Shown here piece by piece: positions 28,906 through 39,223 of a DNA stretch of 64,000 nucleotides. The DNA is from an uncultured bacterium (GTDB taxonomy: Bacteria > Bacteroidota > Bacteroidia > Chitinophagales > Chitinophagaceae), in the NCBI GenBank assembly GCA_903920455.1, contig CAIXLY010000079.1, positions 25,937-89,936 on the forward strand, read 5' to 3'. The notes under the pieces are model-generated. The model worked only from the letters and a program-made list of their open reading frames with translations. It ran no database searches and was not told where the DNA came from. Within the stretch, counting starts at the first letter, position 1. The number at the start of each line of letters is the position of its first letter. The position numbers were made by a program, and so were the translations under genes.

Positions 28906-29676
28906 ATGAGCAGGTTCAAAGAATTATTTGAAAAGAAACACTCAGGCGTTTTGAATGTGTATGTCACAGCCGGGTTTCCTGAGCTTGATAGCACGCTTGT
29001 TATTATGGAGGCACTTCAACAAAGTGGTGCTGACGTGATTGAGATTGGGATGCCTTATAGCGATCCGCTAGCCGATGGTCCTGTTATTCAAGAGAGCAGT
29101 GCTGTAGCATTGGAAAATGGGATGACCATTGCTCGACTTTTTGAACAGCTCAAAGGATTTAGAGAAAAAATACATGTGCCTGTCGTGCTGATGGGGTATA
29201 TGAACCCAGTGCTTCAATATGGGTTTGAAAATTTTTGTTCAGATGCTGCGGCGGTAGGGATTGATGGGTTGATACTTCCAGACCTTCCAGCCCTTGAGTT
29301 TGAGCAGTCCTATGGGAAGGTTATAAAAAAGTACAACCTAGATTTCATCTTTCTAGTTACACCAGAGACGAGTGAGGAAAGGGTTAGAAAACTAGACGGG
29401 CTCAGTTCAGGTTTTTTATATGCTGTTTCATCTTCATCCACTACTGGTAAAGAGCAGGATTTTTCGGGAGTTACTTCATACCTAAAAAAACTCGAGTCCT
29501 ATCAACTTAAAAATCCTGTATTGGTTGGATTTGGTATTAAGGACAAAGCCACATTTGATGCTGTAAAAGCTCATGCACATGGTGCAATCATTGGGTCTGC
29601 TTTCATTAAGGCACTCTCTGAAAAAGGAACTCCATCAGCTATCACTTCCAGGTTTATCAACGGAGTACTTAACTAA
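28906..29676 (+). CDS. trpA: Tryptophan synthase alpha chain
   Basis: EIGMPYSDPLADGPVIQ, MGYMNP, PDLP, VGFGI, GSAF. Confidence 0.98.
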   Translation: MSRFKELFEKKHSGVLNVYVTAGFPELDSTLVIMEALQQSGADVIEIGMPYSDPLADGPVIQESSAVALENGMTIARLFEQLKGFREKIHVPVVLMGYMNPVLQYGFENFCSDAAAVGIDGLILPDLPALEFEQSYGKVIKKYNLDFIFLVTPETSEERVRKLDGLSSGFLYAVSSSSTTGKEQDFSGVTSYLKKLESYQLKNPVLVGFGIKDKATFDAVKAHAHGAIIGSAFIKALSEKGTPSAITSRFINGVLN

Positions 29677-29682
29677 TTATTG

Positions 29683-30279
29683 ATGAAGGTAGTTGTGATA
29701 AAATATAATGCGGGGAATGTGAGATCTGTGCAATTTGCATTGGAAAGACTTGGTATTTCGCCAACATTTTCTGATGATCCAGAAACTATTTTGTCGGCTG
29801 ATAAAATAATTTTTCCAGGAGTTGGAGAAGCGAGCTCTGCCATGACGTATCTCAAAGAAAGGGGACTAGATCAAGTTATCTTACAATCAACACAGCCCTT
29901 TCTTGGTATCTGTCTAGGCATGCAACTGATGTGTTCACATTCTGAAGAAAATAATACTGCCTGCTTGGGTGTGTTTAAGGAAGATGTCAAACGGTTTGTG
30001 CCAAATCAAGCTGCTGAGAAGGTGCCGCAAATTGGGTGGAATACCATCTATGATTTGAAGACAGACTTGTTTGATCGTGTACAAGAAAATAGCTTTTGTT
30101 ATTTTGTTCATAGCTATTATGCCAGCAAAGGAGAACATACCGTTGCTACAACTGATTATTGCGGGCCTTATAGTGCTGCATTACACGTTAATAATTTTTA
30201 CGGTGTTCAGTTTCACCCTGAGAAAAGTGCAGATACCGGAGAATTAATATTGAAGAACTTTTTAAATCTACCACTATAA
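29683..30279 (+). CDS. hisH: Imidazole glycerol phosphate synthase, glutamine amidotransferase subunit
   Basis: GNVRSV, PGVG, GICLGMQ, VPQIGWN, YFVHSY, QFHPEKS. Confidence 0.96.
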   Translation: MKVVVIKYNAGNVRSVQFALERLGISPTFSDDPETILSADKIIFPGVGEASSAMTYLKERGLDQVILQSTQPFLGICLGMQLMCSHSEENNTACLGVFKEDVKRFVPNQAAEKVPQIGWNTIYDLKTDLFDRVQENSFCYFVHSYYASKGEHTVATTDYCGPYSAALHVNNFYGVQFHPEKSADTGELILKNFLNLPL

Positions 30280-31010
30280 TGCAGATTATACCTGCTATTG
30301 ATATTATTGATGGAAAGTGTGTGAGGCTTACAGAAGGCGACTATACTCAGAAGACTGAGTATGCATACACCCCATTGGACCTGGCAAAAATGTATGAGGA
30401 TAGCAGCATTGAGCGATTACACTTGGTTGATCTTGACGGAGCAAAAGCTGGAAAAGTAACCAATTGGGCTGTTGCTGAATCTATCGTCAAGCACACCAAG
30501 TTGGTCATAGATTTTGGAGGAGGAGTGAAAACAGTTGAAGAGGTAAGAAGAATTCTTGATTTGAATATTTCCTATGTGACTGTTGGGAGTGTTGCCGCAA
30601 AGCAGCCTGAAGTCTTTAACAGCTGGGTAGATGAATTTGGTGCAGAGAAATTTATGCTTGGTGCGGATGTTAGGGGTGAGCACATCATGGTAAGTGGCTG
30701 GATGGAAAAGTCTGATTTGGAATTGATGCCCTTCTTAAAGGAAAATAGTGCTAAAGGAATTCGAAATGTATTCTGTACTGACGTCAGTAAAGATGGAAGG
30801 CTAGAAGGTCCTGCCACTGAACTGTACAGACGCATTAAGCTTCAGTTCCCAGAGCTTTTTTTAATTGCAAGCGGAGGTGTTTCTCAAATTTCTGATTTGT
30901 ATGATCTTCAGGAGGCGGGTTGTGATGGTGTAATAATTGGGAAGGCCATTTATGAGAACCGAATCTCTATGGATCAATTGAAGAGTTTTATTCAACAACA
31001 AGGAAACTGA
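30279..31010 (+). CDS. hisA: ProFAR isomerase
   Basis: [40 protein letters not shown]; TAATG overlap with hisH. Confidence 0.96.
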   Translation: MQIIPAIDIIDGKCVRLTEGDYTQKTEYAYTPLDLAKMYEDSSIERLHLVDLDGAKAGKVTNWAVAESIVKHTKLVIDFGGGVKTVEEVRRILDLNISYVTVGSVAAKQPEVFNSWVDEFGAEKFMLGADVRGEHIMVSGWMEKSDLELMPFLKENSAKGIRNVFCTDVSKDGRLEGPATELYRRIKLQFPELFLIASGGVSQISDLYDLQEAGCDGVIIGKAIYENRISMDQLKSFIQQQGN

Positions 31011-31014
31011 TGAT

Positions 31015-31767
31015 ATGCTAACTAAAAGAATAATTCCTTGTTTGGATATTAAAGATGGCCGAACGGTTAAAGGAACAAACTTTGTTGACCTTCGTGATGC
31101 CGGTGATCCTGTTGAGCTTGCTGCACGCTATGCTGAAGAGGGTGCTGATGAGCTTGTTTTTCTTGATATTACTGCTACCAATGAGAAGCGAAAAACTCTA
31201 GCTAGTCTGGTTGATAAAATCGCCCATCGGATTAACATCCCTTTTACTGTAGGAGGAGGAATTTCTTCTATTGAAGATGTTAGGATATTGCTTGATAGCG
31301 GAGCTGATAAAGTTTCTATCAATACCTCAGCATTTAAAGATCCGGAATTAATTAATAGGCTTTCCTCTGAATTCGGAAGCCAGTGTATCGTTTTGGCAAT
31401 CGATACGAAGCAACATGCAGATGGAGCGTGGTATGTTTATTTGAATGGCGGAAGGGTAGCAACGGAAAGAAAATGTATTGATTGGGCCATTGAAGGTGTA
31501 GCACGGGGTGCTGGAGAAATTCTACTCACCTCTATGGATCATGATGGCACTAAAGCCGGATTTGCAAAAGCCATTACTGAAGCTGTTTCTAAGTCTGTTC
31601 CTGTTCCGGTTATCGCTTCTGGTGGAGGAGGTGCGCCCGAACATTTTGCTGAGATTCTCAATGGCCCTGCTGACGCAGCCTTGGCCGCGAGTATTTTCCA
31701 TTTTAGAGAAATATCTATCCCTGACCTTAAATCATATCTCCGACTTCACTCCATTTGTGTCCGTTAA
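31015..31767 (+). CDS. hisF: Imidazole glycerol phosphate synthase, cyclase subunit
   Basis: [41 protein letters not shown]. Confidence 0.98.
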   Translation: MLTKRIIPCLDIKDGRTVKGTNFVDLRDAGDPVELAARYAEEGADELVFLDITATNEKRKTLASLVDKIAHRINIPFTVGGGISSIEDVRILLDSGADKVSINTSAFKDPELINRLSSEFGSQCIVLAIDTKQHADGAWYVYLNGGRVATERKCIDWAIEGVARGAGEILLTSMDHDGTKAGFAKAITEAVSKSVPVPVIASGGGGAPEHFAEILNGPADAALAASIFHFREISIPDLKSYLRLHSICVR

Positions 31768-31796
31768 TGCGTTTGAATGTTTAATTTTACATCATT

Positions 31797-32396
31797 ATGG
31801 AAGCAACAATAGATTTTAAGAAATTTGCTGATGGACTTGTTCCTGCGATTACTCAAGATGAGCATACTGGTAAGGTGCTCATGTTGGGATACATGAATCA
31901 GGATGCATTTGATGCTACTATGGCTTCAGGGAAAGTGACTTTTTACAGTCGATCTAAAGAGCGGTTGTGGACTAAAGGAGAGGAGAGTGGTAACTTTTTG
32001 ATGTTGAAGTCGTATGCCTTGGATTGTGATCAGGATGCTTTATTGTTTAAAGTTTCTCCTGTTGGTCCGGTTTGTCATACTGGTGCCGACACCTGCTGGG
32101 GAGAAGTTAATGCATCTGACGATTTTTTAAGTTACTTGGAATCTATCATTGAACTTAGGAAGAACGGAGAGGATGACAGTTCATATATAAAAAGTCTTTT
32201 TGCAAAAGGGATAAATAAGATTGCACAGAAGGTTGGAGAAGAGGCTGTCGAGCTGGTCATAGAGGCAAAAGATCAGGATGATGAAAAATTTTTAGACGAA
32301 GCTGCGGATCTCCTCTTTCACTATTTGCTTTTGCTTAACAGGAAAGGGTTTACTTTAGATGATGTCAAATTGATACTCAAAAAAAGACATAAATAA
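31797..32396 (+). CDS. hisIE: Bifunctional PRAMP cyclohydrolase / PRATP pyrophosphatase
   Basis: SRSKERLWTKGEESG, DCDQD, CHTG...C, KVGEEAVE, EAADLLFH. Confidence 0.96.
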   Translation: MEATIDFKKFADGLVPAITQDEHTGKVLMLGYMNQDAFDATMASGKVTFYSRSKERLWTKGEESGNFLMLKSYALDCDQDALLFKVSPVGPVCHTGADTCWGEVNASDDFLSYLESIIELRKNGEDDSSYIKSLFAKGINKIAQKVGEEAVELVIEAKDQDDEKFLDEAADLLFHYLLLLNRKGFTLDDVKLILKKRHK

Positions 32397-33478
32397 TGAA
32401 AAGCACCATACTTTTATTACTCTTGGTTCCTTGCCTTCTGTTCTCACAATCATCTAAAAAGTACAGCATAAAGGGCGTCTTGAAAGGGATGACCGATAAA
32501 ACTGAACTTGTGCTAAAAAATGATGAGCTAAGTAAAGAGCCAATTGCTTCATGCAAATCTAAAGGAGATCAGTTTGAAATAACTGGTGATTTGAAGGAAT
32601 CAGGTCTGTATTATATCTCTACGAAATCTGGAAATGACAAGTTGCTTATTTTTCTTGACGCCTCTAAAATAAGTATTGAGGGTGATTTTTCTACCTTGCA
32701 AAGTTCACGCGTGACAGGGTCTTCCACCCACAATGATTTTATTGCGTTCAATACTATCTTTAATCCATTGTTCACAAAACTATCTGCCTTAGCACAACAG
32801 CTAAACCAAGGGGCAAAGGATGATGACCAACAGATCCGGAAAGCATATACCAATTCAGTTGGAGAAGTTAATCTTGAAATAGACAATTTCATATCTGCGC
32901 ATTCTTCTTCTCCTGTATCTCCATTTATTTTATTGGTTACGATGCAGCTGAATGATGACCCAAAGCTTCTTGAGAGCAGGCTTGATAAGATTTCAGCGTC
33001 CGCAAAGCAAAACTATTTTGGCCGTGCTGCTATTAAGGTTGTTGAGGACGCAAGATTTGGATCTATAGGATCACCAGCCCTAGAATTTACTCAGCAAGAT
33101 CCCAATGGGAAAGATATTTCTCTTTCAAGCTTCAATGGCAAGTATGTGCTTATTGACTTTTGGGCAAGCTGGTGTGGGCCTTGTCGTCAGGAAAATCCAA
33201 ATTTGGTGAACGCATACAATAAGTTTAAAGAAAAAAATTTCACAGTTTTGGGTGTTTCATTGGACAGGTCAAAAGAAGCATGGTTGAAAGCAGTTAAAGA
33301 TGACCAGTTGACATGGACACAAGTAAGTGATTTGAAGTGGTGGAGTAATGAAGTGGCTGTTAAGTATAAGATACAGAGTATCCCCCAAAACTATTTGCTT
33401 GACCCCGAGGGAAAGATCATTGCTAAAAACTTGCGTGGTCCGGCATTACATGCTACCTTATCTAAGCTGCTCCAGTAG
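32396..33478 (+). CDS. TlpA/AhpC-TSA family exported disulfide reductase (DUF4369-type N-terminus)
   Basis: Signal peptide, DFWASWCGPC thioredoxin motif, IPQNYL; TAATG overlap with hisIE. Confidence 0.9.
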   Translation: MKSTILLLLLVPCLLFSQSSKKYSIKGVLKGMTDKTELVLKNDELSKEPIASCKSKGDQFEITGDLKESGLYYISTKSGNDKLLIFLDASKISIEGDFSTLQSSRVTGSSTHNDFIAFNTIFNPLFTKLSALAQQLNQGAKDDDQQIRKAYTNSVGEVNLEIDNFISAHSSSPVSPFILLVTMQLNDDPKLLESRLDKISASAKQNYFGRAAIKVVEDARFGSIGSPALEFTQQDPNGKDISLSSFNGKYVLIDFWASWCGPCRQENPNLVNAYNKFKEKNFTVLGVSLDRSKEAWLKAVKDDQLTWTQVSDLKWWSNEVAVKYKIQSIPQNYLLDPEGKIIAKNLRGPALHATLSKLLQ

Positions 33479-33481
33479 TAT

Positions 33482-33838
33482 TTATAAGTATACATCCTCA
33501 ATCATAAAGAACTCAGTTTCTTTATCTTCTGATAGGGTGATTGATAAAATATCAAATCTGATCCATTTGTCATCTGGATGTATTCTGATATATTCTGTGC
33601 CCGCACTAATAAAGAAATACAACTTTTTTCTGTTTACCAATTCCTCTGGGTATCCAAAGGTGTTGCTTCTTCTGGTTTTAACCTCAATAAAGTGAATCAT
33701 ATCATTTTTTTTGGCGATGATGTCAATCTCCAGTTTGCCATAGTACCAATTTTTTTCAATGATTGCGAATCCACTTTCTCTTAACCATTGCTCTGCCAGT
33801 ATTTCCCCCAATTTTCCTGTTTCATTATGTCTTGCCAT
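33482..33838 (-). CDS. YraN/UPF0102 family putative endonuclease
   Basis: GKLGE.LA, EIDII, FIEVKTR, IRFD motifs. Confidence 0.92.
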   Translation of the reverse strand: MARHNETGKLGEILAEQWLRESGFAIIEKNWYYGKLEIDIIAKKNDMIHFIEVKTRRSNTFGYPEELVNRKKLYFFISAGTEYIRIHPDDKWIRFDILSITLSEDKETEFFMIEDVYL

Positions 33839-33894
33839 GAACGGTTATTTTTCTAACTTCGAAGCTATCAACCTGAAATATTCAAAGAAGCGAA

Positions 33895-35088
33895 ATGCAC
33901 CAACTAACCGGAAGAGTTCAACATTATCCTTGGGGGGGAAACACCTTTATCCCATCGCTTTTGTCACAGGAAAATTCGCATAACCAACCCTTTGCCGAAT
34001 ATTGGCTAGGGGTTCATTCCGGTGGTCCTTCTCGCGTATTTTTGGGCCAAGGGGCCTTCACATTTCTTCCTGCCCTGATTAACTCTGATAAAACCCGTTA
34101 CTTGGGAGCGTCAGTCACATCAACATTTGGGAACCTCCCATTCTTGCTTAAGGTATTGGATGTAAAAGATATGCTTTCGATTCAGGTTCACCCTAGCAAG
34201 GCCTCTGCAGAAGAGGGGTTTAGGCGTGAAAATGAGGCTGGAATATCCCTTGATGCACCAAATAGAAACTATAAGGATACAAACCACAAACCAGAGGTCA
34301 TGGTGGCACTAAGTGACGATTTCTGGTTGTTACATGGCTTTTCACCCGAAATTGATAGGACGCTAGAAGTTTATGATTTTTTAAACCCCCTAAAGAAGGT
34401 TTTTGTTGAGGGCGGAATTCGGGCTTTGTATCAATTTATAATGGAGCTGCCTCAGCATGCTGTTGATGAGCTGATTGGTGAACATGCAAAGGCGATCATG
34501 CCCAAATATTTGGACTCAGAACTCGATAAATCTTCGCCAGACTTCTGGGCAGCCAGAGCTATTGCTAATATGGGCGCGGGGAATAGTCATTTTGATCGGG
34601 GCATATTTTCTATCTATCTTTTTAATATTGTTCATCTCAAACGAGGGGAAGGAATTTTTCAAGGAGCCGGCATGCCTCATGCCTATTTAGAGGGACAGAA
34701 TATTGAATTGATGTCCAACTCAGACAATGTGTTGAGGGCAGGGTTGACTCCCAAATATGTAGACATTCCAGAATTGATCAGGAACACAAGCTTTGTTCCA
34801 ACATTTCCTGAAATTATCTATGGCGACTTAAACAAAACACTTCAGGAGTATAGCTGTCCAGTTCCAGATTTCACTTTATTTACTGTATTTGTGAGGGCTG
34901 GAGAAATTCAATCATTTTTAGAGGGGTCACCTAAGATACTGCTTGTGATGAACGGAATTGGCTGGTGCCTAAGCGCTGAAACTGAGCAAATTTCCACTGG
35001 GATGGCACTGTTTCTCGGGGCTAGCGAAACTCTTGATATCAGGGCAGAATCTGATCTGCTGATATTTATTGCTTCTGTTCCCTTTTAG
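33895..35088 (+). CDS. manA: Mannose-6-phosphate isomerase, class I
   Basis: YPWG, AEYWLG.H, LPFLLKVL, LSIQVHP, NYKD.NHKPE, PHAY, SDNVLRAGLT. Confidence 0.95.
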   Translation: MHQLTGRVQHYPWGGNTFIPSLLSQENSHNQPFAEYWLGVHSGGPSRVFLGQGAFTFLPALINSDKTRYLGASVTSTFGNLPFLLKVLDVKDMLSIQVHPSKASAEEGFRRENEAGISLDAPNRNYKDTNHKPEVMVALSDDFWLLHGFSPEIDRTLEVYDFLNPLKKVFVEGGIRALYQFIMELPQHAVDELIGEHAKAIMPKYLDSELDKSSPDFWAARAIANMGAGNSHFDRGIFSIYLFNIVHLKRGEGIFQGAGMPHAYLEGQNIELMSNSDNVLRAGLTPKYVDIPELIRNTSFVPTFPEIIYGDLNKTLQEYSCPVPDFTLFTVFVRAGEIQSFLEGSPKILLVMNGIGWCLSAETEQISTGMALFLGASETLDIRAESDLLIFIASVPF

Positions 35089-35201
35089 TTTGTCTTGCTT
35101 CCGGGTAAGCTCTATCTGAGCTATACACATCATGAGGATAACTGTATGGCCGATTTCTTGAATGGGAGTATTAAATCATTATTTTTGTTCAAATCGATTA
35201 C

Positions 35202-35762
35202 ATGAAATTTTCAAAATATACAGTTATTTCAATGTTGCTGCTTGTGTCAATAGCAGCAATTTATAGAGCAATACCTGGCCGTCCCTGGGGTTTTGCGCCA
35301 CAGTTTGCTATGGCAATTTTTGGTGGAGCCATGATTAAGGACAAAAAACTTGCCATTGTTCTACCACTCTTATCACTATTGCTTTCAGACCTTTTGTATG
35401 AATTGCTATACATCAATGGGCTAACTGAAATAAAAGGATTTTACGCAGGAATGTGGATGAATTACTTAATTTTTGGTTCACTCACCATCGTTGGTTTTTT
35501 GGTCAACGGCGAAAAGATTGCTTCTATTGCAAAAGGTGCGTTGGCCGCGCCAACTATATTCTTTCTTGTTTCCAATCTAGCCACTTGGGCTGGGAACGGC
35601 GGCTTCCAGCGCCCAAAAACTCTTTCTGGTTTATTCCAGGCCTATGTTGATGGTATCCCTTTTTATGCCAACAGCCTAGTTGCTACTGTTGTGTTTGGTG
35701 CGGTACTTTTTGGTGGTCAATACATAATTGCCAAATGGAGTAGCAGGAGGCAAGTGGCATAA
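35202..35762 (+). CDS. DUF6580-family putative transporter (ECF S-component-like)
   Basis: About 5 TM; FAPQFAMAIFGGA, FFLVSN, Y..GIPF..NSLV motifs. Confidence 0.7.
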   Translation: MKFSKYTVISMLLLVSIAAIYRAIPGRPWGFAPQFAMAIFGGAMIKDKKLAIVLPLLSLLLSDLLYELLYINGLTEIKGFYAGMWMNYLIFGSLTIVGFLVNGEKIASIAKGALAAPTIFFLVSNLATWAGNGGFQRPKTLSGLFQAYVDGIPFYANSLVATVVFGAVLFGGQYIIAKWSSRRQVA

Positions 35763-35885
35763 GAATTGATGATAGCAATTTTAATCAGCTCCAATTTAAT
35801 ACAGTTCATTAATCTGTCGCTTTACTTAAGCCTCTTTTGAATTAATTTCAAGCTATTGCTCTCTTCTGAGATATAAAAAACTCAT

Positions 35886-36647
35886 ATGGAACAGACACTG
35901 AGAGAAATATTTTACAGTCATAATGATAGGTTGATTCATAAATGGGATCATTATTTTGAAATCTATGAGAGATATTTTTCGAAGTACAGAGGGAATTCAT
36001 TGAATGTATTAGAAATTGGGGTATCCCAAGGTGGATCTATACAGCTATGGAAGAAGTACTTTGGTGATAAGCTTAATCTCTATTCTGTAGATATCAATCC
36101 AGAATGTAAATTATTTGAGAAGGACACCACCAAGCTATATATCGGTTCTCAAGAAGATCCCGTATTTCTTGAGAAGCTATACGCTGAGTTGCCGGAAATG
36201 GACATCATCATGGATGATGGAGGGCATTCAATGAAGCAACAAATTTTAACATTCGAACATCTTTTTTTAAAGGTGAAAGAGGGAGGTGTTTTTTTAGTTG
36301 AGGATACCCATACTTCTTATTGGTATCACTTTGGAGGTGGACTTAGAAAACGTGGTAGCTTTATTGAATATTCAAAAAAAATGATTGACTCATTGTATAA
36401 GTCACACTTAACAAATACTAAGGGAATAAGAGTAGATAATTTAACCGATCACATCAAATCAATTTCATTTTACGATAGTATTGTTGTGTTCGAAAAAGGA
36501 AAAAGGCCCGATCCTTTTCATATTAAAGTTGGAAATCCATCAATAAAGGATTTTCTTACTAAAGGTTCTATTTGGAGTGCTATAAAGACAAAGCTTTTCC
36601 GAATGAGTGATAGCACTTTTCGTTCAAATTTTAAAAATAATCCATAG
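35886..36647 (+). CDS. Class I SAM-dependent (sugar O-)methyltransferase, MycE/TylE-like
   Basis: KW.HY..IYERYF, LEIGV..GGS, DIN, GSQ.D, IIMDDGGH, VED..TSY motifs. Confidence 0.8.
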   Translation: MEQTLREIFYSHNDRLIHKWDHYFEIYERYFSKYRGNSLNVLEIGVSQGGSIQLWKKYFGDKLNLYSVDINPECKLFEKDTTKLYIGSQEDPVFLEKLYAELPEMDIIMDDGGHSMKQQILTFEHLFLKVKEGGVFLVEDTHTSYWYHFGGGLRKRGSFIEYSKKMIDSLYKSHLTNTKGIRVDNLTDHIKSISFYDSIVVFEKGKRPDPFHIKVGNPSIKDFLTKGSIWSAIKTKLFRMSDSTFRSNFKNNP

Positions 36648-36793
36648 ATTGATACTTTCTCTTTGATTGATTATCATGCAAATTATTTTATAATTTATTC
36701 CCCTTACAATAGAACTTAGGAATGACCTTTAATTCTCTTCGATTATTTAAATAACCTCTATTTTTTTTAGTCGTTGATTCTCTTGCTTGTGCA

Positions 36794-38080
36794 TTATTCT
36801 AATGGCCTATTTTCTTCGAGGCAATAAATTTTCTTTTCACAAGCCTTGAATCCAATGTTGGCCGCCTTCTGTTTAATTGGGTAGTGATATTCATTAAATA
36901 TTGCCCTATTTCTATAAATTTGGAACATTTGATCTCCAAATTTATAATTTTCGGTATAACCTTTAATGTAAATAAAGCCGATTATTGATATTGCAATCCA
37001 CTTTATTTTTGTCCTTTCTACAAAATAAGCTATTAATATTATAAGTATCGCTGCATACAAATGAGGATAAATAAGGTATCTACTAGAGTATGACAAAGTT
37101 TCAATTTTGCTTTCTTCGGCTGACCGAAATACTGCAACACTACCCATACTCAGTATTATGAAAAGAATTGTCGCCAGGAAAGGGAAAGATTCTTTATCAC
37201 CTTTCAATATTTTTGGGCTTAAAAAATATATTATAAGCATAATAGCAATTAAGAATATAATACCTATGAATATCCTATGGTCAGGCCCCAAGTGCCCACC
37301 TATTAATCTTAAAAAGAATTCAGTAATTGCGACTAAACTTTTGCCAGTAAGATTATTTTCAGTTTTATGATATTGTTGAAAATATAATATACTTGAGGCT
37401 GCAAAGGTTATTATGCTTGAAAATAATTTTAACCTATTTCTTGTTGCAACACAAAACAATACTAAAACAAAGCCTCCAATAATTCCATTACCATTTGAAT
37501 AAATACAAAGTATTTGAAATACTATTGCTACTATTAGCAAAGAATATTTCTGAGAACTATAGCATAATAGGCTTATAAGAAATAGCATAATAACTCCATA
37601 ATTCGCCATTCCAGCCATTGACATCATTGAATTTTCATAATTTGAAGCATCAAATATGCAGAATGCAATGAATATCGATATGATTGGCCATGTATTTTTT
37701 ATGAATTTAGCGCTGAAATAAACCAGAATCCCAAAAATGACCAATAGTTGTAGGTTTGAAATGATTCCAAGATTGATGAAATTTATCTTATTCGATATTG
37801 AGTAGTACAATACATAAATTACTCTTGATACAACTATTCTGTGTTCATTGTGTTGGCTCATTAGCAACCTAAACTTTTCGTCATTGGGTGATTTTGTCCA
37901 GTCAATGATGAATCCTAGTATTGCATCCCAATCGTCCAACATTGGGATATTGACTGCGTACCTATTGATCATTGAAAAAAATAGATAAATGGGAATCAAT
38001 GATATCAGTAGGTAATAGCTTTTTACTGGGGTACTTTCTTTTTTTTCATTCTGTTCAACTTGATGTATGTGTTTTTTCAT
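36794..38080 (-). CDS. Polytopic membrane protein, probable GT-C glycosyltransferase (GtrII-like)
   Basis: About 11 TM; DDW acidic motif after TM1, QHNEHRI loop, SSRY late motif; strongly AT-rich. Confidence 0.55.
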   Translation of the reverse strand: MKKHIHQVEQNEKKESTPVKSYYLLISLIPIYLFFSMINRYAVNIPMLDDWDAILGFIIDWTKSPNDEKFRLLMSQHNEHRIVVSRVIYVLYYSISNKINFINLGIISNLQLLVIFGILVYFSAKFIKNTWPIISIFIAFCIFDASNYENSMMSMAGMANYGVIMLFLISLLCYSSQKYSLLIVAIVFQILCIYSNGNGIIGGFVLVLFCVATRNRLKLFSSIITFAASSILYFQQYHKTENNLTGKSLVAITEFFLRLIGGHLGPDHRIFIGIIFLIAIMLIIYFLSPKILKGDKESFPFLATILFIILSMGSVAVFRSAEESKIETLSYSSRYLIYPHLYAAILIILIAYFVERTKIKWIAISIIGFIYIKGYTENYKFGDQMFQIYRNRAIFNEYHYPIKQKAANIGFKACEKKIYCLEENRPLE

Positions 38081-38154
38081 CCAGACTGCTTAATTTATTA
38101 TAGTTTTGCTCTTTTACGCCTTTAAATATAGATAAAATTATAACTTAGTTTATC

Positions 38155-39222
38155 ATGAATGGTGTATTGCTTGTTACTGGAGGTTGTGGTTTTGTTGGTT
38201 CTAGTCTTTGCATACTTTTGAAGGCTAACTATCCTCAACTTCAGGTATTAGCTTTTGATAACCTCAAAAGGCGTGGATCTGAATTGAACTTAGAGCGTTT
38301 GAAGCCTCTGGGTATTTCCTTCATTCACGGAGACATAAGAAACAAAGAAGATTTTGATCAAATTGGAAAGATAGATTTTCTAATTGACGCAGCTGCTGAA
38401 CCCTCAGTATTGGCGGGAATAGATGACTCGGTGGATTATGTGATCAATACAAATCTTATTGGAACAGTCAACTGCTTGAATTTCGCTGTAAAGCATAAGG
38501 CACTTTTTATCTTTTTGTCAACTAGCCGTGTCTATCCTTTTGAAACGTTGGATAGACTTTCATACGCTGAATCAGAAACTCGGTTTAATTTGCTGCCAGA
38601 TCAATTGATTTCAGGTTTCTCACAACTTGGTATTGGTGAAGATTTTCCGTTGACTGGTGCCAGGTCTTTTTATGGGGCTACAAAACTGTCTTCTGAGCTT
38701 CTCATTGCAGAGTACGTAGAATTCCTTGGGCTTAAGGCAATCATCAACCGCTGTGGGGTGCTTACTGGCCCTTGGCAAATGGGAAAAGTTGACCAGGGTG
38801 TTGTTGTGCTTTGGATGGCTCGCCACTATTGGAAGAAAAATCTAACTTACAATGGGTATGGTGGGCAGGGAAAGCAAGTCAGGGACCTACTTCATGTCAA
38901 TGATCTTTTTAATCTGATTGAGTATCAACTGCAGAACCCAAGCCATTTAATTGGAAAGACTCTAAATGTTGGCGGTGGACTTGACTCTAGTATATCCCTT
39001 AAAGAGCTAACTACAATGTGTGAAAAAATCACCGGAAATACAATATCAATTCCTTCCGTTCCTGAAAATCGAAAAGCCGATGTACGCATATATGTTACGG
39101 ATAATACTGAGGTTACAAGGCTGACTGGCTGGAAACCAACTTATACTGTCGAACAAATATTAGTTGAGATTTATGATTGGATCCGTCTTAATGAAGAAAA
39201 ACTCTCTAAAATATTGAACTAA
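38155..39222 (+). CDS. NAD-dependent sugar-nucleotide epimerase (CDP-paratose 2-epimerase-like), YxxxK intact
   Basis: [42 protein letters not shown]. Confidence 0.88.
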   Translation: MNGVLLVTGGCGFVGSSLCILLKANYPQLQVLAFDNLKRRGSELNLERLKPLGISFIHGDIRNKEDFDQIGKIDFLIDAAAEPSVLAGIDDSVDYVINTNLIGTVNCLNFAVKHKALFIFLSTSRVYPFETLDRLSYAESETRFNLLPDQLISGFSQLGIGEDFPLTGARSFYGATKLSSELLIAEYVEFLGLKAIINRCGVLTGPWQMGKVDQGVVVLWMARHYWKKNLTYNGYGGQGKQVRDLLHVNDLFNLIEYQLQNPSHLIGKTLNVGGGLDSSISLKELTTMCEKITGNTISIPSVPENRKADVRIYVTDNTEVTRLTGWKPTYTVEQILVEIYDWIRLNEEKLSKILN

Positions 39223-39223
39223 C

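Noticed and set aside
35130-35145. Resemblance of CATGAGGATAAC to the MS2 coat-protein operator
   Set aside because: Short chance similarity; the complementary 3' arm is missing.
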